From: Escherichia phage SP15
Direction: 5' to 3' (one strand)
Length of the DNA stretch: 64,000 nucleotides
Sequence record: AP019559
In this document: positions 56,261-64,000 of the stretch, one piece after another
Position numbering within the stretch: the stretch's first letter is position 1
Layout of the letters: every line of letters begins with the position of its first letter
Position numbers and translations under genes: made by a program
Notes under the pieces: model-generated
The model's input: the letters and a program-made list of their open reading frames with translations, nothing else
Database searches by the model: none
Told to the model about the DNA's origin: nothing

Positions 56261-56423
56261 TGAATGGGATATTTTCATAACTGAGTCTGGTACTTGGTGC
56301 TATAGATTTGCCTATAGGTTTCCTAGTGTAAGAAAACGGCTGGGGTACACATATAAAATTATCTACACTACAGATAATATATGGTTGTCCTCTGGAGATG
56401 AGGGGAAACAGATATGTCCATAG
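56238..56423 (+). CDS. hypothetical small protein, paralog pair member
   Basis: 61 aa; shares 'DIF..G.WCYR' with the next ORF. Confidence 0.4.
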   Translation: MCQEVRNNEWDIFITESGTWCYRFAYRFPSVRKRLGYTYKIIYTTDNIWLSSGDEGKQICP

Positions 56424-56596
56424 TTAAATCTGTGTATACACATCCCGATGATATATTTGTATGGGCGGATGGTAGTTGGTGCTATCGATGTGAGCTATGG
56501 GAAATGGACTATAAATCTGATGACTATGGTGTCATATATGTTGATACGGTTGAGTATGATACGTTCTTAGAAAGGGACAAAAATGGAAATAAGTAA
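56414..56596 (+). CDS. hypothetical small protein, paralog pair member
   Basis: 60 aa; 'DDIFVWADGSWCYRCELW'. Confidence 0.4.
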   Translation: MSIVKSVYTHPDDIFVWADGSWCYRCELWEMDYKSDDYGVIYVDTVEYDTFLERDKNGNK

Positions 56597-57089
56597 TACT
56601 CCAATTATTTTTCTAGACATTGATGGGGTGCTTAATTCGAGCATCTCCCACCATCATGCACCTGATGATGAAAAGATTTTCTTTGGAAGTGACTGGGTTT
56701 TTAAGCCACTTCTCAAGGCTTTTCAGGACTTTATTCGTCCTTCTCCAATAATGATTGTTGGGGTATCTTCATGGTTCTCTGTCAGGAATGAGATGGAGAA
56801 CGTTCAGATTATGACCGGATTAGATCTTATCGATCGTTTTCTTGGTACAACGGATTTTACTGGTGGTGGGCTATCTAGGGGTAATTCTGTTCTTCGCTTC
56901 GTTGAAAAGCATAAGCTCAAACATTGGTGTGTGCTGGATGACGCTGGTGCTATGATGTATCAGTATCCAACTGTTATAGTCAATGGTAGAATTGGAATAA
57001 ATCTTCAAGATTTAAGAGCTGTTAGCTATATGTTAGAATTTAGTCCAGATCTTGAAATGTGTAAAGCCCTACAACAATTTAAGGTGTAA
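56583..57089 (+). CDS. HAD-superfamily hydrolase
   Basis: Motif I 'IIFLDIDGVLN'. Confidence 0.55.
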   Translation: MEISNTPIIFLDIDGVLNSSISHHHAPDDEKIFFGSDWVFKPLLKAFQDFIRPSPIMIVGVSSWFSVRNEMENVQIMTGLDLIDRFLGTTDFTGGGLSRGNSVLRFVEKHKLKHWCVLDDAGAMMYQYPTVIVNGRIGINLQDLRAVSYMLEFSPDLEMCKALQQFKV

Positions 57090-57091
57090 AT

Positions 57092-57520
57092 ATGTTCAAT
57101 AATGTGTTCTCTAAAGAAGCTAACCCAATATTAGTTAATTTTTGGCGTACTCTTCCAGCCAACCTGTACAATGAGGCTATTAATGCTCTGAAAATATGGT
57201 GTGAGAATAATGAAATCTCCTTTGCTTTTAAAGGCGAGGTTGAAGAGGCTCCCTGTATTGGTTTAATTGTGCAGGTGGAGGATGGTCTTGAAGAGATTGT
57301 CGGCTGGAAAGAGTTGGATGAAATGGGCTTGGTTTTTGCGTTAAACTATAAGCTGTTTATGCCCAATAAACACCGTATTGTTGTTAACTATAAAACCAAT
57401 GAATCTCCTGGTTTTCAAGTTAATGAACGGTATGGTTGGTCTTACTCACCGGAAGAGGTAAATGATGGTATCCAGAAACTTCGTCGTTTTGGTTATCAAA
57501 TTCCGGGTTTAACTGCCTAA
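57092..57520 (+). CDS. hypothetical protein, tandem paralog A
   Basis: 142 aa; shares 'PCIG', 'MGL.ALN..LF.P', 'IPGL' with the next ORF. Confidence 0.5.
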   Translation: MFNNVFSKEANPILVNFWRTLPANLYNEAINALKIWCENNEISFAFKGEVEEAPCIGLIVQVEDGLEEIVGWKELDEMGLVFALNYKLFMPNKHRIVVNYKTNESPGFQVNERYGWSYSPEEVNDGIQKLRRFGYQIPGLTA

Positions 57521-57529
57521 GGAGGCACA

Positions 57530-57922
57530 ATGGAACAAGTATATTGGCGTCAGATCGACCCTAGTTTGGTGAAGCGTGCAGAGAAGCTGCTACAACGTTG
57601 GTTGGGGGTAAGACAAGCCTCCTTCACTTTTCCGGAGCAGCAAATAGACGATCCCTGTATTGGTGTTTTCCTATCAGGCTACGCTAGGGAATGGGAATTG
57701 GATTGGAATGAATTGTCTGCTATGGGTTTAATTGTTGCACTAAATTTCTCTTTGTTCCATCCACGTGGTTTGGCCATATGTCGTGTGCCTGAGGACGGTT
57801 GTTCGCCCCATCTTTTACAGGTGGAAGATGATATTTGGGAGTACACTCCAGATATTCTCAAAGAAGCCAAAGAACAATTAAACCGTGTTGGAATTTATAT
57901 TCCAGGCCTGAATGATGAATGA
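57530..57922 (+). CDS. hypothetical protein, tandem paralog B
   Basis: 130 aa; same motif set. Confidence 0.5.
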   Translation: MEQVYWRQIDPSLVKRAEKLLQRWLGVRQASFTFPEQQIDDPCIGVFLSGYAREWELDWNELSAMGLIVALNFSLFHPRGLAICRVPEDGCSPHLLQVEDDIWEYTPDILKEAKEQLNRVGIYIPGLNDE

Positions 57923-58061
57923 TTTTTATTGGTTGACCTCTATAATCCGGGCTATTAGTGCTCGGATTATTGCCTAATCTTTCCAGCTAATTGACAGCAT
58001 GAATAAATTGTCATTGACAAATTGAATAGATTATGTAATAATATGTGTATTGGAGGTAAAG

Positions 58062-58514
58062 ATGTCGCTCACACAACAAGAACTTTTAGATAATTTCCGA
58101 TATGAAGATGGAAAATTATTTAGAACCACAGGAAGAAATGCAGGCAAGGAATGTTGTGTTTCAACGGGAAATGGGTATTATCGTATTTCTCTAGGTAGTA
58201 AAACTATGCTCCGACACAGAGCCATCTTCTTAATGCATCATGGTTATCTCCCTGATTTAGTAGATCATGAGAATACTATAAAAGGTGATGATCGTATTGA
58301 AAATCTTAGAGAGCAGACAGTATCCGGTAATCTAAGAAATATCAAATATAAGAAAGGAATGCATGTTTACCCTTCTGGTAGTAAGAACTGGCAAGTAGTA
58401 TTTACTATTAACCGTAAACGTATAGTTAAAGGAACATATGACAACTATGAGGTTGCATGTTCTATGGCCAAGATGTTTAGAGGTCAATTATACGGTAGGG
58501 AATCAATCCAGTAA
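58062..58514 (+). CDS. HNH homing endonuclease
   Basis: Track ORF starts at a TTG at 58050; ATG at 58062 has GGAGGT upstream; 'VDHENTIKGDDRIENLRE'. Confidence 0.65.
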   Translation: MSLTQQELLDNFRYEDGKLFRTTGRNAGKECCVSTGNGYYRISLGSKTMLRHRAIFLMHHGYLPDLVDHENTIKGDDRIENLREQTVSGNLRNIKYKKGMHVYPSGSKNWQVVFTINRKRIVKGTYDNYEVACSMAKMFRGQLYGRESIQ

Positions 58515-58522
58515 AATTTCAT

Positions 58523-58552
58523 TTGCAAGGGAGTATTATTTTATAGTATAAT
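58523..58552 (+). promoter_or_regulatory. candidate sigma70-type promoter preceding a ~480-nt leader
   Basis: TTGCAA, 18-nt spacer, TATAAT. Confidence 0.4.
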
Positions 58553-59049
58553 ATTCCCATAAATGAGAGATATTAGTAAAAATTGATTTTGCTAATTTTT
58601 CTTGTTTACAATCCGCGATACGGAACAGTTAGGCTGCCCCATTAAGGGTTGTTTTAACTGTTACGTGTTAGTTTTTAAGCAAATAATTAATAGAATACTT
58701 AGCGATCTGCGTCCCGTAGGAACCCTGGTAAGGCCTCGAAGCAACCTAGATAGAGGTGGTTGTGAAGTGAGACGGGAGGAGTGAAAAACTCCGAGACGTG
58801 ATTCTGTAAGTTATATTGCATCTAGTATGAGCTAGTATATGAAGCATTAGGTGAGCAAATCTGGCTTAGCGGCCATCCTCAAGGATTTGTGCGGTATAGC
58901 AAAGCAGCAGCGCAGCGTGAAAGTGGAAGTTGCCACCCCACTTCAGTATTTGCGATTAATTTGTTGAGAAATTGACAGTAACAGTTGTTCTATTCTTTCT
59001 GAATAGTCCTAAAGAAAACTTATTTCATTTCCAACACAGGAGTATTGTT

Positions 59050-61839
59050 GTGTTTTCAATCCTACAAGGTCATGCAGGATTTCATCGCGATTTAGCCACA
59101 GGCAATTGGCGAGAAGTTAAGGCAGAAGATTATCTTTTTGCTAAAAGATTTTCCTCAAAGCATCCCGAAGGTAAACCAGCTTCAATGCCCTTCAAGTTTG
59201 ATGTAATTGATGAAGTTGATCCTCAAACCCTAGTAGAAATGCTTCCTCTTATGAGACGTTTAACGTCTGACCCTCATATCGTTGCGGTACGAGGTCGATG
59301 TCTTGCACCTAAAAATAATGTGCGACGTAAGAAGGGCAACTTTAATGTATCTAATCCAAGTCATATAATCGCAATGGATGTGGATGGTATTGTAGATACA
59401 GGAGGTTGTAACAAGTTTGATCTTGTTGGCATGGCGCGTCATATTATTAGGATGTTGAATAGTATTAGTGAGGATATGTTTCCTCTTGATGCAGGGTTTA
59501 TTGCTCATGCATCATCTTCGGCTGGCCTAAAACCAGGTATCCGAATGCACTTAATACTAGAATCTAATGTTAAAGTTACACAGGGTCAGATCAAGTTCTT
59601 ATTTACATCTATCAACGAAAGTAGTAGACAAAAGTATGGCTTTGATATTGCCGACTTAGCTTATTACTCTTCCGTACAGCTCCACTATTTTGCAGATCCT
59701 TTATTTACTGATGGTATAGTTGATCCGTTTAAAGCGGAGGGTGCTTCACGTCTGGTATTTGTTAAAGGCTCAAAAGTAAATTTACCTAATAATCTAGTTG
59801 ACTATGAAACAACTAGAGGAGAGTTTAAAGAGGAATTCTACTCTTTACTCGATCAAATTAAAGGTAAAAAAGCCGCCTCCGATAAAGTAGAGGAAACTAT
59901 CAGCGAACTAGAAGAAGCTGAGGATGGAGTGTATCTACGTATTATTCCTAAACTCTATCACAGGGCTTTAGAGGATGGTGTTGATTTTGCATGGCTAGAA
60001 AAAGAAATCCGCCCAGCCTTATCAGAGTATATTGCAACTAAAGATAATAGTCGTAATATTCAAGATTATTTTAACAACGGTAGAAAACAGGCTCTGAAAG
60101 CGTTTGTTAATAATTCTAAACGTGATATACCGGATGTTTTAAAAGGTATTCCACTTAAAAAGCTAGAAACTAACTCTCTAGAGACTGATAACTTCTTGAA
60201 ATTAAATACTGTACCACCAGAAGGTTATATGACTTTTGTAAAAGCAAGTCTAGGTACAGGTAAAACTACGGCGGTTGTGCGTTGGTTAGATTCAGGAGTT
60301 ATTAAGGGTAATTTCTTAGCAATTACCAATACTCGAGCACTGGTATCTTCAAATGCTAAGAAATTTAGTGCAGGACAATATGATAAGTCTGTAGATATGC
60401 TTAATTTTAAGCGTGGCGCTATTGACCGTATGTCCACAACTATACATTCTTTGCATAAGTTCAAGAGTTTTATTGGTCAAATCGATGCAATCTTTATCGA
60501 TGAATGTGACGCTGTAATGAATGACCTATTATTCGCCCCGGTTGTTAAACAACGTCGTGAATGTATTCAGGTTCTTCGGGATATTCTTGCAACTGCAAAA
60601 ATCATTATATTATCTGATGGTGATATTAGTGCTGAAACAATTGAAGCATATGGTTCTTTGATTGAGTTTGATAAACCGGTTGCATTTTATAATCATCACC
60701 GTAAGATGCTGTCAAAAGCTCATGCTTATGAGTTCCCTGATGAATCTAGTATTTGGGTTGCACTTCAGACCTCTCTAGAGATGGGTGAGAAATCTATTCT
60801 GGTATCTGATTGTGGGCCGGATGAGCTGAATGAGAAAGGTATGGCACTGCGTCGTAATACGGGTGCGTTAGTTAAGGAAATCCATTCAAACTCTACCTCA
60901 GATGTGGATATTAGACGTATTCTGGATTACACAACTAATGAACTAATTGATCAACAAATTGATTGTTTATTATGTAGTCCATCCGTAACGAGTGGTGTTG
61001 ACTTTAACTATTTTGATAACGTATTTGTTATTACTAGAACTAGTAATCAAGCGCCAAACATGCGTTTCCAAGCAATCAGGCGCGACCGTGGTGCTCAGAA
61101 TATCTATTATTTTATTGATAAATCCACTAGTGGATTCTCCGCAGGTTCTGAACAATATAATATTGATGAGGGTTGGCTGGAGTTAGCACAGCAATTATAC
61201 GCACGTCGCAGGGAGCTGGAATCTAGGAACTATACTAGTACTTTACGTTATTACTTACTTGATCAGGGTGCAACTATTGATATTTTCAGTGAAAGCTGGG
61301 GAACTATTGAAGGTGCTGGTAAAGAGTATACAGAAGAGCGAATCAAAGCTATTCTGCACTCAACTCCTGATTATTGTGCTCCACGTCATGCGGATGCGTA
61401 TGAAGCTAAACTACTTCTTGTTCGCTATTATCATCTGGAGTCTATTAAAGATGTAACCGTTGAGCATGTTGAACAATATATCAAAGATAAGCCGAATGAT
61501 CGAGCTGCATTCTTCCATAAGATGCATGAGATGTTCTGGGAAGATATTAAGAAGTGTTCAAATGTCACTATCAAACCTTTCATAGAAGCTCTGAAAGGTA
61601 AGAAGAAAGATTTCTTCCTTAAAACAGGTCAGAGTGCTAACCCAAAATATGCTAGAATGTATCTTGGTATGATGGGTATTGGTAAAGATATGAACACGGA
61701 GAATATCGTAGACTGGTACAGAACCTATTGTAAAATCGAGTGTATGCCAATTCCTTTCAAATTCATGACAGAGGAAGAACGTCAGATGCACGAGGAAGCA
61801 ATGTCAGAGCTAGGTGCTAGAAATGACAGTGAAGAATAA
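59050..61839 (+). CDS. primase-helicase-like protein (AEP-type primase/polymerase-like N-terminus fused to P-loop NTPase)
   Basis: Track ORF starts at 58972; GTG at 59050 has AGGAG 7 nt upstream; 'IIAMDVDG' DxD motif, Walker A 'GTGKTT', Walker B 'IFIDECD'. Confidence 0.55.
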   Translation: MFSILQGHAGFHRDLATGNWREVKAEDYLFAKRFSSKHPEGKPASMPFKFDVIDEVDPQTLVEMLPLMRRLTSDPHIVAVRGRCLAPKNNVRRKKGNFNVSNPSHIIAMDVDGIVDTGGCNKFDLVGMARHIIRMLNSISEDMFPLDAGFIAHASSSAGLKPGIRMHLILESNVKVTQGQIKFLFTSINESSRQKYGFDIADLAYYSSVQLHYFADPLFTDGIVDPFKAEGASRLVFVKGSKVNLPNNLVDYETTRGEFKEEFYSLLDQIKGKKAASDKVEETISELEEAEDGVYLRIIPKLYHRALEDGVDFAWLEKEIRPALSEYIATKDNSRNIQDYFNNGRKQALKAFVNNSKRDIPDVLKGIPLKKLETNSLETDNFLKLNTVPPEGYMTFVKASLGTGKTTAVVRWLDSGVIKGNFLAITNTRALVSSNAKKFSAGQYDKSVDMLNFKRGAIDRMSTTIHSLHKFKSFIGQIDAIFIDECDAVMNDLLFAPVVKQRRECIQVLRDILATAKIIILSDGDISAETIEAYGSLIEFDKPVAFYNHHRKMLSKAHAYEFPDESSIWVALQTSLEMGEKSILVSDCGPDELNEKGMALRRNTGALVKEIHSNSTSDVDIRRILDYTTNELIDQQIDCLLCSPSVTSGVDFNYFDNVFVITRTSNQAPNMRFQAIRRDRGAQNIYYFIDKSTSGFSAGSEQYNIDEGWLELAQQLYARRRELESRNYTSTLRYYLLDQGATIDIFSESWGTIEGAGKEYTEERIKAILHSTPDYCAPRHADAYEAKLLLVRYYHLESIKDVTVEHVEQYIKDKPNDRAAFFHKMHEMFWEDIKKCSNVTIKPFIEALKGKKKDFFLKTGQSANPKYARMYLGMMGIGKDMNTENIVDWYRTYCKIECMPIPFKFMTEEERQMHEEAMSELGARNDSEE

Positions 61840-62056
61840 AAAATGGGAAACAAGGAAGTTTCCAGTAAAAGAACGCAAAGTTCCTGTTTATGATACTTCG
61901 GAGAAGCTATGTAGGGTGGTACCGCATAGATTAGCTGGTATCCCTAACATATCCGAGTGGTTACTTAAACAACGGAGGACTAACGTATCTCTTCGCGTAG
62001 GGTTTGAGTTAGATAAAGTATATGCTGAACTTTCTTCTTTGCTCAAAGAATCATAA
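61823..62056 (+). CDS. hypothetical basic protein
   Basis: Track ORF 61814..62056 trimmed to the ATG at 61823. Confidence 0.45.
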   Translation: MTVKNKKWETRKFPVKERKVPVYDTSEKLCRVVPHRLAGIPNISEWLLKQRRTNVSLRVGFELDKVYAELSSLLKES

Positions 62057-62065
62057 AAAATTTAT

Positions 62066-62094
62066 TTGCTTTCAGGAAAAATTTTCTGTATAAT
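62066..62094 (+). promoter_or_regulatory. T5 early promoter, P_N25-like
   Basis: TCATAAAAAATTTATTTGCTTTCAGGAAAAATTTTCTGTATAATAGATTCATAAATTTGAGAGAGGAG matches my recollection of the classic T5 P_N25 promoter; TTGCTT, 17 nt, TATAAT. Confidence 0.8.
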
Positions 62095-62125
62095 AGATTC
62101 ATAAATTTGAGAGAGGAGTTTAAAT

Positions 62126-62830
62126 ATGGCTGGTTCTCGCAGAAAGAAACATATCCATGAAATCCCGGATGAAGTCTTTAAAAAAGTTATAGAGCACCTG
62201 GAGAACGGTGGTACTAAGAAAGCAGCATGTGAAATGCTCGGCGTATCATCCAATCCAACTATGGAAAGGATGATAGAAGAGTGGCAAGACCGGCAGATCC
62301 AAGTTGCCGAGATGAAGAAAAAGAAACGCGGTACACTCATTGAAGGCATTGAGTTGGCCAACGTTATTGAACAGTATCTATCTGGTGATTCCTTTGAGGA
62401 GATTGCCGATCGTAATTATCGTTCTGTAGCAATGGTTAAATCTGTTCTGGAACGCTATGGTGCTCTGCTTCGTTTGAACGATATTGTAGATCCATTGAAC
62501 CCACCAATTATTCCTGATGATGCTGTAGCAGAAGAATTTGAGGTAGGTGAGCTTGTTTGGGTTCCTGGATACCAGTGTATCGGTGAAATCAAAAAAGCAA
62601 TGGATAACCCTGTCGGTTGTTACCGTGTATGGCTTCTATCAGAAGGCAAACAACAGAACGTTCATTATATGAATTACGAGCTGGCTTCTGTTAAACATCT
62701 GGAAAAGTTAGGGGTTGATGTAAAGTCTCTGGGGTACAAATGGTCCCGGGAAGAAGTTATCACACTGATTAACGAAGCTGTTAAGGCTGCCCTGAAACTT
62801 GATAAAGAAAAAGGTAAACGTCGTGAGTAG
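62126..62830 (+). CDS. helix-turn-helix DNA-binding protein
   Basis: N-terminal 'GGTKKAACEMLGVSSNPTMERMIEEW' HTH-like segment. Confidence 0.55.
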   Translation: MAGSRRKKHIHEIPDEVFKKVIEHLENGGTKKAACEMLGVSSNPTMERMIEEWQDRQIQVAEMKKKKRGTLIEGIELANVIEQYLSGDSFEEIADRNYRSVAMVKSVLERYGALLRLNDIVDPLNPPIIPDDAVAEEFEVGELVWVPGYQCIGEIKKAMDNPVGCYRVWLLSEGKQQNVHYMNYELASVKHLEKLGVDVKSLGYKWSREEVITLINEAVKAALKLDKEKGKRRE

Positions 62831-63074
62831 ACTAACTGATTTACTTAAAGATGGGGAAGTAAAAACGCTATATCGTAGAAGCTGGGATAACGATAATAAC
62901 GGCTTAGTGTTACTAACTTTAGATGCTGACTCGGATGTAGCTACTCAGCATACCTGGGTAGCCGGTAACTATCCATATAGCGAGGTTGTTTCATTAACAG
63001 TATGCGAAGCTATTGCGGACGATTGGGAGGTTGCCAGCATTGATGATATGCTCGCTGTTGGCCTGGTGGAGTAA
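62823..63074 (+). CDS. hypothetical protein
   Basis: Track ORF 62799..63074; in-frame GTG at 62823 overlapping the upstream stop preferred; start uncertain. Confidence 0.4.
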   Translation: MSRLTDLLKDGEVKTLYRRSWDNDNNGLVLLTLDADSDVATQHTWVAGNYPYSEVVSLTVCEAIADDWEVASIDDMLAVGLVE

Positions 63075-63177
63075 CTACTTAAAAATTTCAGTTGCTTAAT
63101 CCTATAATTCTTGATATAATATTCTCATAGTTTGAAAGAACTATTCTGTTTAATTCTTAATTAAGGAAATATAAAAT

Positions 63178-63588
63178 ATGACTACTCCAACTCAGTGGAC
63201 TGATGAACTGTTTGAAAAAATGTCTTCCGAATATGTTGCTCGTATGGAGCAATTCCCAGAGGATGAACGTCCGGGTGTTAGCATGGAAATTGTTAGCGAA
63301 ATTGCCCAGGAAAATGGTGTAACTCCGAACGGTTTTCGTATGAAGCTGACTAAAGCAGGTTTGTATATCAAGAAAGCTGCTGGTTCTACTTCGAAATCTA
63401 GCGCATCTACTGGAGAAAAAGCTTCCGGTGGTTCTCGTACCTCCAAAGCTCAAGCCCATGCCGACCTTCGTTCAGCTTTCTCTGATGCTGGCTTAGCACC
63501 AGATTTTCTGGATGATGCAATTATCGACAAACTGACCGGTAAAGCGGCTGCTCATCTGGCAGAAGCAATCCGAGCTATCACTAAGTAA
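63178..63588 (+). CDS. hypothetical protein
   Basis: 136 aa; RBS AAGGAAA. Confidence 0.55.
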   Translation: MTTPTQWTDELFEKMSSEYVARMEQFPEDERPGVSMEIVSEIAQENGVTPNGFRMKLTKAGLYIKKAAGSTSKSSASTGEKASGGSRTSKAQAHADLRSAFSDAGLAPDFLDDAIIDKLTGKAAAHLAEAIRAITK

Positions 63589-63625
63589 TATTTAGATAAA
63601 TCCACCAACAAAAGGAACTATAGCT

Positions 63626-63922
63626 ATGACTAAAGCTGAAATTATTGCACAGTGCGAAAAATTTGGTGAGTTTTATCTTCATTACGAGAAACTTCGTCAG
63701 AAAGGAACCACGTACCTTCAGGGTACAATGGAATTTGATCCAGCCCAAGATAAATATCTGGCTGAGCGTATTAAACGTGAACGTATTCGTAAAGCGAAAG
63801 ATGATGAAATCCTTGTCTTCTCTCGTACTAATGATAGCTTCCGTTTTATTCCTGTCGAGAAAGTTCGTCGTGTGACTAGCCTCCAATCAGAGTTAGATCG
63901 TGCTTCTCCAGTAGGCCGATAA
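63626..63922 (+). CDS. hypothetical protein
   Basis: 98 aa; RBS AAAGGAA. Confidence 0.55.
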   Translation: MTKAEIIAQCEKFGEFYLHYEKLRQKGTTYLQGTMEFDPAQDKYLAERIKRERIRKAKDDEILVFSRTNDSFRFIPVEKVRRVTSLQSELDRASPVGR

Positions 63923-64000
63923 GAAAACAATTAGCCCCTATATGGGGCTTTTTGTGTATTTGGGATATGTAAATGAGCGAACAGGTAAATCAAAACTATG

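Noticed and set aside
58602-58784. Track ORF 58602..58784 (+), 60 aa
   Set aside because: Lies in the structured leader with no RBS and odd composition.
58973-58978. TTGACA hexamer as a promoter for the primase-helicase-like gene
   Set aside because: No acceptable -10 element at 16-18 bp spacing.
1-64000. Integrase, transposase, rRNA or a recognisable defence or anti-defence operon
   Set aside because: No tyrosine- or serine-recombinase or DDE motifs, no rRNA-like conserved blocks, and no abortive-infection, restriction-modification or toxin-antitoxin signatures seen; gene content is that of a virulent phage.

Overview
The window reads as the left ~64 kb of a T5-like (Tequintavirus-type) virulent siphophage genome, probably T5 itself or a very close relative. 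All calls come from reading the sequence and the supplied ORF track; no searches or folding programs were run. Coordinates taken from the ORF track are reliable; hand-derived coordinates (tRNAs, promoters, repeats, re-called starts) may be off by a few bases. Layout: (1) 124-5191, minus-strand pre-early block with a HAD-type 5'-deoxyribonucleotidase (dmp-like), a large metallophosphoesterase (A1-like) and a small DNA-binding-type protein (A2-like). (2) 5200-10500, non-coding architecture: two DnaA-box clusters in inverted orientation bracketing a 3.3-kb plus-strand cassette of small ORFs (6054-8994), then a repeat-dense tract that I interpret as an injection-stop-like region. (3) 10511-28487, compact minus-strand early genes: Ser/Thr phosphatase, metallophosphoesterase, thioredoxin-fold protein, HNH endonucleases, membrane protein, L-Ala-D-Glu peptidase endolysin, holin, ClpP-like protein, dNMP kinase, spanin-like pair, GrcA-like glycyl-radical protein. 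(4) 28525-35908, a minus-strand cluster of about 25 tRNA genes with interspersed small ORFs and several degenerate tRNA-like elements. (5) 36600-39420, a codon-biased module: three plus-strand genes (Gly-zipper membrane protein, Q-rich protein, Cys-doublet peptide) plus a convergent SPFH/band-7 protein, followed by tRNA-Arg and an ~800-bp non-coding region. (6) 40366-52362, minus-strand nucleotide-metabolism and replication-accessory genes (cell-wall hydrolase, DEDD exonuclease, RNase H, thymidylate synthase, DHFR, NrdB, NrdA, PhoH). (7) 52648-63930, plus-strand genes from consensus sigma70-type promoters: anaerobic RNR NrdD, Sir2-like protein, HAD hydrolase, tandem paralog pairs, HNH endonuclease, a primase-helicase-like 930-aa protein and small ORFs. 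The 62057-62125 promoter matches my recollection of the classic T5 P_N25 promoter. I found no integrase, transposase, CRISPR array, rRNA or recognisable defence operon. The candidates for under-described biology are the codon-biased membrane module at 36.6-39.4 kb, the inverted DnaA-box-flanked cassette, the repeat tract, non-canonical tRNAs and tRNA-like remnants, and the Sir2-centred plus-strand block.
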